Shown: positions 36,365 to 51,619 of the stretch, piece after piece | How the letters are laid out: every line of letters begins with the position of its first letter | How positions within the stretch are numbered: position 1 is the stretch's first letter | Assembly (NCBI GenBank): GCA_903878285.1 | Contig: CAIRHB010000013.1 | Span: forward strand, 1 to 63,393 | From: Candidatus Adlerbacteria bacterium | Lineage (GTDB): Bacteria; Patescibacteriota; Minisyncoccia; Phycocordibacterales; SBAW01 | Reading direction: 5' to 3' | DNA length: 63,393 nucleotides | Notes under the pieces: generated by a model | Told to the model about the DNA's origin: nothing | What the model saw: only the letters and a program-made list of their open reading frames with translations | Databases searched by the model: none | Translations under genes and position numbers: made by a program

Positions 36365-36913
36365 TTAGCGCAGCTCGTACTCCCACCCGGGTTGCCAGGA
36401 TTTTGTTTTGCGCCAGTCGTCGGCGAGAGCTTGCTTCCATGTTTTACCTTTTAGGAGCACATTGAGCGACAATTGTGGTGCTTTGTGCGCCACGATTGCC
36501 ACATGCTTGCCGTCGTAGTTTGCTTTGAGAAATTCAAGGAAATCAGCAACACGAACTTTAACGTCTTCGTAGCTCTCGCCCTCGGGGAATGTATTTTCGA
36601 TACACTCGTCTTCCTGCATCGGCTCGACAATGTCCGACGACGCGCCGTTTAATGTCCCATAGTTACATTCGCGCAGCCGCGCATCAGGAACAATCGGATA
36701 CACGCCATCCCACGCAAGCAGAGCCGACCGGTGCGCACGCTGCAAGTCGGAGCAGAAGACGACATCAAACGCAGCATCTGTAGTCTGCTCTTTCAATTTG
36801 ACCGCTTGTTGCTCGCCGAGCACCGAGAGCTCGGCATCCTTCCAACCAGACGAGACATGCTGCTCGTTGTCAGTCGTGGTGCCGTGGACGAAATAGGTGA
36901 TTTTTACCGACAT
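36365..36913 (-). CDS. Histidine phosphatase (phosphoglycerate mutase-like) family protein
   Basis: ITYFVHGTTTDN (RHG-type motif with Val in place of Arg), SDLQRA and VAHKAP. The ATG is at 36913. Confidence 0.7.
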   Translation of the reverse strand: MSVKITYFVHGTTTDNEQHVSSGWKDAELSVLGEQQAVKLKEQTTDAAFDVVFCSDLQRAHRSALLAWDGVYPIVPDARLRECNYGTLNGASSDIVEPMQEDECIENTFPEGESYEDVKVRVADFLEFLKANYDGKHVAIVAHKAPQLSLNVLLKGKTWKQALADDWRKTKSWQPGWEYELR

Positions 36914-36929
36914 ACTTTTACAATGCGTC

Positions 36930-36948
36930 AGCAAGGCGACGCCTTGCT
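36930..36948. repeat. GCAAGGCG-N-CGCCTTGC hairpin element, copy 2
   Basis: agcaaggcg a cgccttgct, lying between the rpoD stop and the phosphatase start. Confidence 0.8.
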
Positions 36949-36962
36949 AAAATAAGGATATG

Positions 36963-38339
36963 TTAGTAGCTGCGGAGGCGTTTTGCTTTGTCGTGGGTGC
37001 GGATGCGCTCGAGGGCCTTGGCTTCGATCTGGCGGATGCGCTCGCGGGTGACGCCAAACTTCTTACCCACTTCTTCGAGCGTGTGGTAGATGCCGTCCTC
37101 CAGCCCATGGCGGAGTTTGAGGATCTCGCGCTCTTTGGGAGAGAGTTCGTCGAGGATTTCTTTGAGCTGGTCGGCGAGGATGCGGCGCGAAACCTCTTGG
37201 TCGGGCGAAAGGATTTTGTCGTCTTTGATAAAGTCGCCAAGCACCGACTTGCCGTCCTCGTCGTCCGAGCCCACAGGGCTCTCGAGCGACACCGTGTCCT
37301 GGTCAATTTTTTCTATCTGGTAGATTTTGTCGACATCAACACCCATCTCGAGCGCAATCTCCTCGGCGAGCGGGTCGCGACCGAGATCCTGCGAAAGACG
37401 GCGCGAAACTTGTTTGTACTTAGCGATCGTCTCGACCATGTGCACGGGGATGCGAATCGTGCGCGACTGATCGGCCAATGCGCGGGTGATCGCCTGACGG
37501 ATCCACCACGTCGCGTAAGTCGAAAATTTGTAGCCCTTGGTGTAATCAAACTTGTCGACTGCTTTAAAGAGCCCGAGGTTCCCCTCTTGGATGAGGTCGA
37601 GTAGCGTGAGATCGGGCGAGCGCCCAACATACTTCTTGGCAATCGACACCACGAGGCGCAGGTTGGCGCGCGCGAGGAGGTTGCGTGCCTCGTCCTCGCC
37701 GTCGACGATGCGTTTTGCCAAATCGCGCTCCTGCTGCGCATTGAGCAGCGGGTACTTACCGATCTCGCGCAGGTACATTTGGATCGAGTCGTAGGAGGAG
37801 TCCGAGCGCGAGTAGCCCTTCTCGACCACGTCGTCGTTGATCTCGAGCATGCCGCCGCCCTCGAGCACGTCGATGTGCGCTGAGGCGAACTTCTCGTACA
37901 AGTCCTCGAGAAAGTCGACATCGCTCTCGATGGTCGGGAAGACTTTGAGAATCTCGTCGTAGGTGACAAAGCCGACCGCGCGGCCGCGCACCATCAAGCT
38001 CTCTGCTTTTTTGTTTCGCTCGCTGGCGCCAGCACCGCCTTGGCGTGATGCGTCGCTCGGCTTCTTTGCTGACTTTGCCGCACCCTTGTCAGATGATTTT
38101 GACGCAGCAACTTTCGCCTTCTTTGGCACCAATGCTTGGCGGCGTTTGGTGGCGATATCGCGCAGCTGCTTAGCCCGCCCAGCTACGCTGTTCGGGTAAA
38201 CCCGCCCCAACGTGTTCGGCTTTTTTGCTGATTTAGTAGCGCCTATCTTTCCCTTTGCCTGTGCAGATGACTTAACCGGACGAGCCTTCCCTTTCGTCTT
38301 AGTAATCGCCTTTTTTACCGCCTTTTTTTTGGTCGCCAT
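36963..38339 (-). CDS. rpoD: RNA polymerase sigma factor RpoD with a Lys-rich N-terminal extension
   Basis: Region 2 [18 protein letters not shown] and [13 protein letters not shown]. Region 4.2 [20 protein letters not shown]. Confidence 0.95.
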   Translation of the reverse strand: MATKKKAVKKAITKTKGKARPVKSSAQAKGKIGATKSAKKPNTLGRVYPNSVAGRAKQLRDIATKRRQALVPKKAKVAASKSSDKGAAKSAKKPSDASRQGGAGASERNKKAESLMVRGRAVGFVTYDEILKVFPTIESDVDFLEDLYEKFASAHIDVLEGGGMLEINDDVVEKGYSRSDSSYDSIQMYLREIGKYPLLNAQQERDLAKRIVDGEDEARNLLARANLRLVVSIAKKYVGRSPDLTLLDLIQEGNLGLFKAVDKFDYTKGYKFSTYATWWIRQAITRALADQSRTIRIPVHMVETIAKYKQVSRRLSQDLGRDPLAEEIALEMGVDVDKIYQIEKIDQDTVSLESPVGSDDEDGKSVLGDFIKDDKILSPDQEVSRRILADQLKEILDELSPKEREILKLRHGLEDGIYHTLEEVGKKFGVTRERIRQIEAKALERIRTHDKAKRLRSY

Positions 38340-38354
38340 AATGTCAGCAGTATA

Positions 38355-40109
38355 TCACAAATATTTCATTTTGTAACGCTCCTTTGCCACCACGCGCCCG
38401 ATATCAGCAAGGAGGTCGGCGGCGATAATCTCCTTAGTCGAATGCTCACCCACCTCGCGGTCAAAGTCAAAGCGGATGCGCTCGGCAATCGGCTCCACCC
38501 GTGCCAACAACGATTGCACCTTCTCCTCCCCCAACAAGACAACTAATTTTATATACTGTTCAGATTCGACACCAAAATTGCACGCGATCATCGCCGCTTT
38601 TTTGAGCATCGGGTCGAGCACGAGTTCTGGCGAGGCATCTGTTCCCTGTTGAGCATCTTGTGCAGATACGGCTCTTGCAGATATTGAACCGGCAGACGCG
38701 ACAGGAGCAGTAGATGACGAATGCGTAGAAGTTGCTGCGCGAGACACTGCTGCAATCCGCGCCGCTTTGGCAATTGCAACCTCTTTGCGTATCGCGCCCA
38801 CATCGCCAAGCCAGCGTGCAGCTATGTTGATAAAATGTTCCTGATCAATCGCACTACTGATTGCCGCGATGAGCGGGATCACCTGGCTCTGCACCTCGCG
38901 TTTGTACGAGCGCTCGTTGAGCCCCTCCTTGAGCATCTCTTTGAGAAAAAACTCGATCGCGGTCTTCGACTCACGGATGATGGCGCGCAATTCGTCGGGG
39001 TTGTCTTTGGCTATGTCCGCAGGATCCTTGCCGTCGGGAAAGCGCGGCACTTTGACATCAAAGCCAGCAGCATACGCCATCAAGGCACTCTTGAGCCCCG
39101 CGCGGATCCCCGCTGCGTCGCCGTCGAGCGCGAGTACCAACCGCTTGGAAAATCTTCCCAACAGCGCCAAGTGTTCGTCGGTCAGCGCCGTGCCCGAGAT
39201 CGCGACCGCAAACGGCAAGCCAGACTGATGCGACAGCACCACGTCGAACTGCCCTTCGACGAGCAAAATACAATCCGCTTTGCGAATCGCATTCTTTGCC
39301 TTGTCGAACCCGTACAACACACGCGACTTTTTAAACAGCAGCGTCTCGGGGCTGTTCACATACTTTGCGGGTTCACTCTTCTGCTCGACACCTTTGATGT
39401 CCTCAAAAAATCTACCAGAGAATGCAATCACGCGACCATTTGCATCACACAGTGGAAACATAATGCGTCCACGGAATCTATCGTATATGTTTGCCTCTCG
39501 GTGCGATTGTTCGTTGTTTACTGTTCCACTTGGCTGCTCATCACGCTGCGAGCGCGCGGCAATCCCTGCGTCAACTATTTCATCTTTCGAGAACCCAACC
39601 GACGCGAGATACTCCGACGCGCTGCGCCACGTCGCGGGCGCGTAGCCGATGCGCCATGCTTTCTTCGTCTCCTCGGTCACGCCGCGCTTCGTGAGATACT
39701 CGCCGACATCAGCTCGCTTCGCTAACTCCTGTTCAAAAAAGATGGTCGCCGCTTCGCACACTTCGCGCAGCCGCTCCTCTTTCTCCACATTCTCTGTCTT
39801 GGGCACGAAGCTATGTTTGAGCACCACGCCCGCGCGGTCGGCGAGATGCTTGAGCGCCGTCCTAAAATCAACACTCTCCATCTTTTGCACAAACGAAAAG
39901 ACATCGCCCTTCTCGCCACAGCCAAAGCAAATATATGTCCCCCGCTCGGGGCTGACATGAAATGACGGCGTCTTCTCTTTGTGGAACGGGCACTTTGCCG
40001 TGTAGGTGCGCCCCGCGCGGTGGAGCTGGACATACTGCCCCACCACCTCGACAATATTTATCTTGTCTTTTATTTCCTGCACCTGCGAATCTTGCATAGA
40101 TGCCTCCAT
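38355..40109 (-). CDS. dnaG: DNA primase
   Basis: Zinc finger CPFHKEKTPSFHVSPERGTYICFGCGEKGD, TOPRIM LLVEGQFD and the conserved dnaG-rpoD order. An alternative ATG lies at 40097. Confidence 0.9.
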   Translation of the reverse strand: MEASMQDSQVQEIKDKINIVEVVGQYVQLHRAGRTYTAKCPFHKEKTPSFHVSPERGTYICFGCGEKGDVFSFVQKMESVDFRTALKHLADRAGVVLKHSFVPKTENVEKEERLREVCEAATIFFEQELAKRADVGEYLTKRGVTEETKKAWRIGYAPATWRSASEYLASVGFSKDEIVDAGIAARSQRDEQPSGTVNNEQSHREANIYDRFRGRIMFPLCDANGRVIAFSGRFFEDIKGVEQKSEPAKYVNSPETLLFKKSRVLYGFDKAKNAIRKADCILLVEGQFDVVLSHQSGLPFAVAISGTALTDEHLALLGRFSKRLVLALDGDAAGIRAGLKSALMAYAAGFDVKVPRFPDGKDPADIAKDNPDELRAIIRESKTAIEFFLKEMLKEGLNERSYKREVQSQVIPLIAAISSAIDQEHFINIAARWLGDVGAIRKEVAIAKAARIAAVSRAATSTHSSSTAPVASAGSISARAVSAQDAQQGTDASPELVLDPMLKKAAMIACNFGVESEQYIKLVVLLGEEKVQSLLARVEPIAERIRFDFDREVGEHSTKEIIAADLLADIGRVVAKERYKMKYL

Positions 40110-40140
40110 TCTAGCCGCTTTCTCCCCTCCGCGCAGGTAC

Positions 40141-40170
40141 TTGACAAATATCCACCACTGGGTTTATACT
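40141..40170 (+). promoter_or_regulatory. Near-consensus sigma70-type promoter
   Basis: TTGACA (40141-40146), an 18-nt spacer, then TATACT (40165-40170). Confidence 0.55.
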
Positions 40171-40228
40171 GTGTAGCGAACGAGTACAGTCGCCTGTATC
40201 GTACAGGCACAACAGCGGAGGATGCGAC

Positions 40229-40477
40229 ATGACGAAGCAAGTGAGTTACGGATTTTGCGGCTTCACGATTGAAGTCAAGACATTCGAGGGGGCACGACGT
40301 GCTTGTGGGTGGGTCACACAAATTGCGAGCACCCACAGCAACGGCATTCCACCACAGATCACGATAATTCCGTTTCCTGCGCCGGAAGGAGGCAGAGGGA
40401 TGCACGTTATCCTGTGGGCTCCTGTCGGAGAACACGCGGATATTATTTTGTCCTCGTGCGACCACGACGAAAACTGA
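40229..40477 (+). CDS. Stand-alone small hypothetical protein (82 aa, four Cys)
   Basis: GGAGG lies 7 nt upstream of the ATG. It has its own promoter upstream and an intrinsic terminator 8 nt after the stop. No family recognised. Confidence 0.5.
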   Translation: MTKQVSYGFCGFTIEVKTFEGARRACGWVTQIASTHSNGIPPQITIIPFPAPEGGRGMHVILWAPVGEHADIILSSCDHDEN

Positions 40478-40484
40478 TACGCCA

Positions 40485-40535
40485 AACGGCGCGGAACCCA
40501 TGTTGGGAACCGCGCCGTTGACTTTTTATTTTTCT
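40485..40535 (+). terminator. Intrinsic terminator
   Basis: aacggcgcggaaccc / gggaaccgcgccgtt stem (13 bp with a 2x2 internal loop, loop atgtt) followed by ctttttatttttc. Confidence 0.7.
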
Positions 40536-40542
40536 CTATCGT

Positions 40543-40566
40543 ACCAAGGACTGTCCTTGGTATTTT
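40543..40566. terminator. Second hairpin, accaagg-actgt-ccttggt, next to the rpoBC stop
   Basis: 7-bp stem with a T-tract on the + strand only. It lies immediately downstream of the minus-strand rpoBC stop codon. Confidence 0.35.
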
Positions 40567-47415
<6,849 letters not shown>

Positions 47416-47537
47416 ATGAGTTTTAGATGAAGGGTGCCTGGTAAATGGCGAACGCTAGTAATCGCACGTTACTGCTCGTCAAGCACGATATCCACAGGTC
47501 CAAAACGCGAAAAAAGAAAGCGCTATATACGCTCCCC

Positions 47538-47558
47538 CGCAAGGCGTCGTGCCTTGCT
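47538..47558. repeat. GCAAGGC hairpin element, copy 3 (variant)
   Basis: cgcaaggc gtcgt gccttgctg, inside the rpoBC 5' leader. Confidence 0.6.
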
Positions 47559-47664
47559 GTAGATGACTCACCGAGCCATACCCTAATTGTCGATCGAAAC
47601 GAAAGCCCCGTAACTCATTCGTTTCCTCGCTCGCGCGTGGATCCCCGCCTTTGTTTCATCTACC

Positions 47665-47692
47665 ATTCTACCCCCTCCTAAAATCATGTCAA
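47665..47692 (-). promoter_or_regulatory. Near-consensus sigma70-type promoter for rpoBC
   Basis: On the minus strand: TTGACA (47692-47687), a 16-nt spacer, then TAGAAT (47670-47665). This predicts a leader of about 240 nt. Confidence 0.5.
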
Positions 47693-47730
47693 GCGCAAAA
47701 ATGTGTTGTAAATCCTTACTGTAACCTCCC

Positions 47731-48465
47731 CTAACATACCCTTTCCACAAACAGAGGCAAAATGGTGGATGCTTCGGGTGATGGTCGGAGGATTTCGTCG
47801 ATGGGACGGTCGCTCGGGAACCGCTCCGAGGACGAACGGTACTCTGCCCGCATCTCCACATCCGAGAACTCGACATGAAATTGCATCGTGTAGCAGCGCC
47901 CACCATAGCGCAGCACACTATTGCGGCATCGCTCGCCAACCCCGAGCACCACTGCACCTTGCGGCAACAGCACCACACTGTCTTTGTGATCATATTGTGC
48001 CATAAACGTCGGCGGCAACAATCCAAAAAATGTATCTCGCTTCCCTGCTTCTGTGAGGGTCACCGCGAACGTGCCGATTTTGTTTTGTGTCAAATCGTCT
48101 TGCACCGAGCCACCTTGTGCGAGTGCGATCAGCTGGTGCCCGAAACAGATCCCGAGACAGGGAATATCCTTTTCGAGCAGGTATGCAATAAGTGGGCGTA
48201 GACGCTCAAGAATCGCGCGCGACTCGGCGAGTACTGGGTCGTTTGGCACTCTCCCACCATCAAAATCAAAATCGCTTGAGCCACCAAAAATAATGCCGTC
48301 GTATCCAGTAACGATTATTGCTGGCGTATTCCACGAGAGTGAGTCGTCAATCGAGGAAGCAAAAGTAATCTCGGCGTGTGAGCCAAGCACCTGCAAATAC
48401 TCGCGCCGCTCTTCCTCGGCATTCGCGACATCTTTGTACGATTGGATGATAAGAATTTTTTTCAT
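47731..48465 (-). CDS. Class I glutamine amidotransferase-like protein
   Basis: Nucleophile elbow LGICFGHQ and the His-Glu pair in MQFHVEF. Length is 244 aa. Confidence 0.8.
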   Translation of the reverse strand: MKKILIIQSYKDVANAEEERREYLQVLGSHAEITFASSIDDSLSWNTPAIIVTGYDGIIFGGSSDFDFDGGRVPNDPVLAESRAILERLRPLIAYLLEKDIPCLGICFGHQLIALAQGGSVQDDLTQNKIGTFAVTLTEAGKRDTFFGLLPPTFMAQYDHKDSVVLLPQGAVVLGVGERCRNSVLRYGGRCYTMQFHVEFSDVEMRAEYRSSSERFPSDRPIDEILRPSPEASTILPLFVERVC

Positions 48466-48497
48466 AGTGGCACAAAATGACTATAGCGCACGATGGC

Positions 48498-48544
48498 ATA
48501 AATAGAAATACTGCCGCACCAGCCCCGAAGGACCAGCGCGGCAG
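48498..48544 (-). terminator. Intrinsic terminator between the ATP-grasp and amidotransferase genes
   Basis: On the minus strand, ctgccgcgctggtcc-TTCG-gggctggtgcggcag (stem with G-U pairs and a UUCG loop) is followed by tatttctattt. Confidence 0.5.
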
Positions 48545-48571
48545 CATAGTACGTTCGCCCAAGACCCATGA

Positions 48572-49876
48572 TTAGTCGGTAAGCGCCTGGGCTACAGCGA
48601 CAGCATTATCTAGTAACTCCCGAGCTTCGGCGGATGTGGTGCCGTATGCCACAAACATGCCGCCATAGTCCTTGCGATACACGATTGGCATTACTCCCGA
48701 ATGGATTGCACCATTTGCGGCTGGCAGGAGAAGGCCATCTTCTGTAAGTTGCTGTAATAGTCCGGGCAGATTGTCTGACTCTGGAGTGAACTTACGACTC
48801 ATCCAGACCCCAGATGTAGATAGCTCTTGCCCATGCTGCTCCGCACAGAATATGAGTGGCATTGCTTCGGTCATCCTGCCCACATTAAGATCAATGAGGT
48901 ACATATGACCGTCAGTGCCTTGGATAAAGTCCAGTCCACCCAGACCTGTTGGCTGCGCTCGTTGGACAAATGCACGCGCCATACGCACAACACTTTGGCA
49001 CATGTCGTCCGAGAGCCCCGAGGGATACCGCAACCCAAGGAACGTATCACCCGCCAATGCCTGACGAGCAGGCACGCCGACATGTCCGCCGCAGATATGG
49101 ATACTCGGGGCTACAATAGCCGAACGAGCAGAGGTAACAACATTTTCCTCCAATATCATGGTTCCGTGAGCAAAACCGTGACGTCGAAGAAGACCATCAT
49201 CAATCGCCGAGAAGTACTCAATGCCGACACCTCCATCACCATCAACTGGTTTAAGAAGCATCTTCTTCACTCCTCCAGCACGCAGCCGACGTGATGCTTC
49301 CAGCAACTCATCTGTGGTGTCCGCCATAAATCCACGCGGAACACAAAACTCGGACAATTCTTCCAGTGAAGGTCCGCTATTCTGCACAAGGTTGATGTGC
49401 GGGTGCAGACATCTCTTCCCCCAATTCTCGCGCCACTCCCACGAATCGCACACCAGCGGGATACCGAGCCGCCGAGACAGACGTACAGCGCCTGGATGAT
49501 GATGGTAGGTCACCAACACCCAACTGCCGAGAGAGATTCTCTGCTTGAGTTCTGCCTCCATGTTGCCACAAACGCATGTCTCGAGTTGTGCAAACGTTCC
49601 TGGAGCAATCTGAATCTGCCAAGATTCCAATCCGAGAAGTTCAGCAAGCGCGTACACGATGTTTTGGACGCCGTCATAGAACGGAACGATGGCGATATCA
49701 ATCCCCGGTCGAAGCATGGGGACTGCATACCAAGGCACCGTCTGGTCAAACGCAGCATCCGATGCGCGGTCAATCGGCGCACCTGCCCCCCCCAAACAGA
49801 AAACGATGCCGCCATTTGGATTGAGCAGTCCGTGATGCAGGCCGCGAGGCACGACAGCACTTGTATTCGTATCCAA
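48572..49876 (-). CDS. ATP-grasp superfamily ligase with an extended N-terminal (pre-ATP-grasp-like) region
   Basis: LLKPVDGDGGVGI (the ATP-grasp K/G-rich loop region) and GLDFIQGTDGHMYLIDLNVGRMT (Mg/ATP-binding end). TTG start with GGGAG 6 nt upstream. Confidence 0.6.
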   Translation of the reverse strand: MDTNTSAVVPRGLHHGLLNPNGGIVFCLGGAGAPIDRASDAAFDQTVPWYAVPMLRPGIDIAIVPFYDGVQNIVYALAELLGLESWQIQIAPGTFAQLETCVCGNMEAELKQRISLGSWVLVTYHHHPGAVRLSRRLGIPLVCDSWEWRENWGKRCLHPHINLVQNSGPSLEELSEFCVPRGFMADTTDELLEASRRLRAGGVKKMLLKPVDGDGGVGIEYFSAIDDGLLRRHGFAHGTMILEENVVTSARSAIVAPSIHICGGHVGVPARQALAGDTFLGLRYPSGLSDDMCQSVVRMARAFVQRAQPTGLGGLDFIQGTDGHMYLIDLNVGRMTEAMPLIFCAEQHGQELSTSGVWMSRKFTPESDNLPGLLQQLTEDGLLLPAANGAIHSGVMPIVYRKDYGGMFVAYGTTSAEARELLDNAVAVAQALTD

Positions 49877-49993
49877 GATATGTCTCCCTTCACTTCATGT
49901 ATAGGAACTGTTTCAAAGAAAAACTAACATCAGTACAGTAACGTGTCAAACGTTGTCGTATAAAAACTGTGGAAAACTCGCGGGTTTTTGTGA

Positions 49994-50707
49994 TTACGCA
50001 CTCTTGCCTCGCTTTGCGTTGCGCCAGGCGTCCATCTTGGCATGGTCGCCCGAGAGGAGAACTTTTGGCACGCGATACTTTTTTATCTTGCCCGCGGCGT
50101 CAGCATGCTCGAGCACCTCGGGGCGGGTGTAGACCTCGGGCGAGGATGCGCGGCTTTCCTCCAACGATTCAAACTTGCCAAGCACGCCCGGTATCTGCCG
50201 CGCGGTCGCGTCGATGATCGCGAGCGCGGGCACTTCGCCGCCCGTCAGTACATATTCGCCGGTCGAGACCTCTTCGGCTTTCAAAATCTTTTTCACCCGC
50301 ACATCAATCCCCTCGTATCGCCCGCACAAAATAATCACGTCGCTCTGCTTGGTGAGCTTTTTCGCATACGCATTCGTCAGCGGCTTGCCACCTGGTGCCG
50401 TAATCAGCACCCGCACCTCCCGCCCACTCCGCCGAGGTTTAACCTCGGCGGATACATCTAACGTAGTCTGACTACGTTTTTGTAGGATTGCTTCGACCGC
50501 GCGGACAAATGGCTCGGCCTGCAGCACCATCCCGGGGCCCCCGCCGTACGGTCGCTCGTCTGCTTTGCCCCACTTATTAGTTACAAAATCGCGCAGCTGA
50601 TATGTCTTGACCGACAGTATTCCCTCTTTTTGTGCACGACCAAGAATAGATGCGTCTGTGTACGCATCTATCACTTCGGGGAACAATGTGACAACGTGGA
50701 AGTTCAT
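49994..50707 (-). CDS. trmD: tRNA (guanine37-N1)-methyltransferase
   Basis: RPYGGGPGMVL, CGRYEGIDVRV, GEYVLTGGEVPA and LSGDHAKMDAWR. Confidence 0.95.
   Translation of the reverse strand: MNFHVVTLFPEVIDAYTDASILGRAQKEGILSVKTYQLRDFVTNKWGKADERPYGGGPGMVLQAEPFVRAVEAILQKRSQTTLDVSAEVKPRRSGREVRVLITAPGGKPLTNAYAKKLTKQSDVIILCGRYEGIDVRVKKILKAEEVSTGEYVLTGGEVPALAIIDATARQIPGVLGKFESLEESRASSPEVYTRPEVLEHADAAGKIKKYRVPKVLLSGDHAKMDAWRNAKRGKSA
50427..50450. repeat. 24-nt palindromic element, copy B, inside the trmD coding sequence
   Basis: Identical to 36296-36319. It is read in frame as ...SAEVKPRRS... within a TrmD loop that is about 13 aa longer than in E. coli TrmD. Confidence 0.85.
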
Positions 50708-50713
50708 ATGCGT

Positions 50714-51163
50714 CTACGTAGTGAGATACCGCACTGTGTCGCTAAACAAGTTGCCACTTTTGAAATCTTTCGCAAAACCTTCGGGCAGAATATGCACATC
50801 ATCAGCTGGGCTCACCCATTCTATCGATGCCAATTCGTGTGCATGGGTACGATTAGCACCAAGCGTTAGATAGTCGCGCGGATTGAGTATCTCGAAAAAG
50901 AATTCAACTGGTTGCTTCCATCCGTTCTCAATGTACGTATTAACATACAGCAGCCGCCCAATACTCGGCTCGACCCCAAGCTCCTCCTGCATTTCTCGAC
51001 GCAAACAAGTAAGAACATCTTCGCCCCATTCCATATGCCCACCAGGAAGCGCTGCAAAACTCGCATCATGTGCATGACGAACAACGAAGAGTTTGCCATC
51101 AACAACGATAACAGCTCGCGCTCGTACCACAAATGTTCCTTTCTTTTCGTCTGTATCAGTCAT
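50714..51163 (-). CDS. NUDIX hydrolase
   Basis: Nudix box GGHMEWGEDVLTCLRREMQEELGV. Confidence 0.85.
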   Translation of the reverse strand: MTDTDEKKGTFVVRARAVIVVDGKLFVVRHAHDASFAALPGGHMEWGEDVLTCLRREMQEELGVEPSIGRLLYVNTYIENGWKQPVEFFFEILNPRDYLTLGANRTHAHELASIEWVSPADDVHILPEGFAKDFKSGNLFSDTVRYLTT

Positions 51164-51222
51164 AGCAAAATCCGCACCACTACTGTAGCGCGGATTTTGG
51201 TTTTTGTCGTTATGTAGAAAAA

Positions 51223-51576
51223 CTAGAGATCAAGCGAGCCCATGGCTTCGTCGATGGATTTCATCGCGGGAGTGGCGGGTGCGGCGTGCGTGCCGTCCCA
51301 GCCGGTGTCTGCCGAGGAGCGAATGCCGCCCACGGGCTCGTTGATCTTGAGGTTGACGCGAGCGTTGTGCTTCATCCCGACCACGCGCAGCAGTGTGCGG
51401 ATCGCTTTGGCGGTGTTGCCCGAGCGGCCAATCACCTTGCCCATGTCGTCGGCGTTGAGATCCATTGTGAGCAAAACGCCCATCTCGTCGACCGAGCGGT
51501 GTACCTTGACCTCCTCTGGATGCTCGACCAGCCCTTTGACGACGAACTCCAAAAACTCCTGATCTTTTTCTACCAT
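51223..51576 (-). CDS. KH-domain RNA-binding protein (YlqC/UPF0109-like)
   Basis: GxxG loop GKVIGRSGNTAKAIR. It holds the conserved position after rpsP. Confidence 0.8.
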   Translation of the reverse strand: MVEKDQEFLEFVVKGLVEHPEEVKVHRSVDEMGVLLTMDLNADDMGKVIGRSGNTAKAIRTLLRVVGMKHNARVNLKINEPVGGIRSSADTGWDGTHAAPATPAMKSIDEAMGSLDL

Positions 51577-51619
51577 GACAGTATATTTAATTTTTTAGTA
51601 ACAACCGACAGTTGTTATT

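Noticed and set aside
38721-39725. A 334-aa + strand ORF antisense to dnaG.
   Set aside because: The opposite strand encodes a canonical primase. The antisense product is Arg-rich and motif-free.
40177-40535. The possibility that the promoter-to-terminator unit between dnaG and rpoBC is tmRNA, RNase P RNA, 6S or SRP RNA.
   Set aside because: I found no tRNA-like acceptor or T-arm (no GGTTCGA-type box and no terminal CCA context). There is no GAGGAAAGTCC-type P4 sequence and no SRP domain IV motif. The SD plus an 82-codon ORF fits better. An ncRNA role is not fully excluded.
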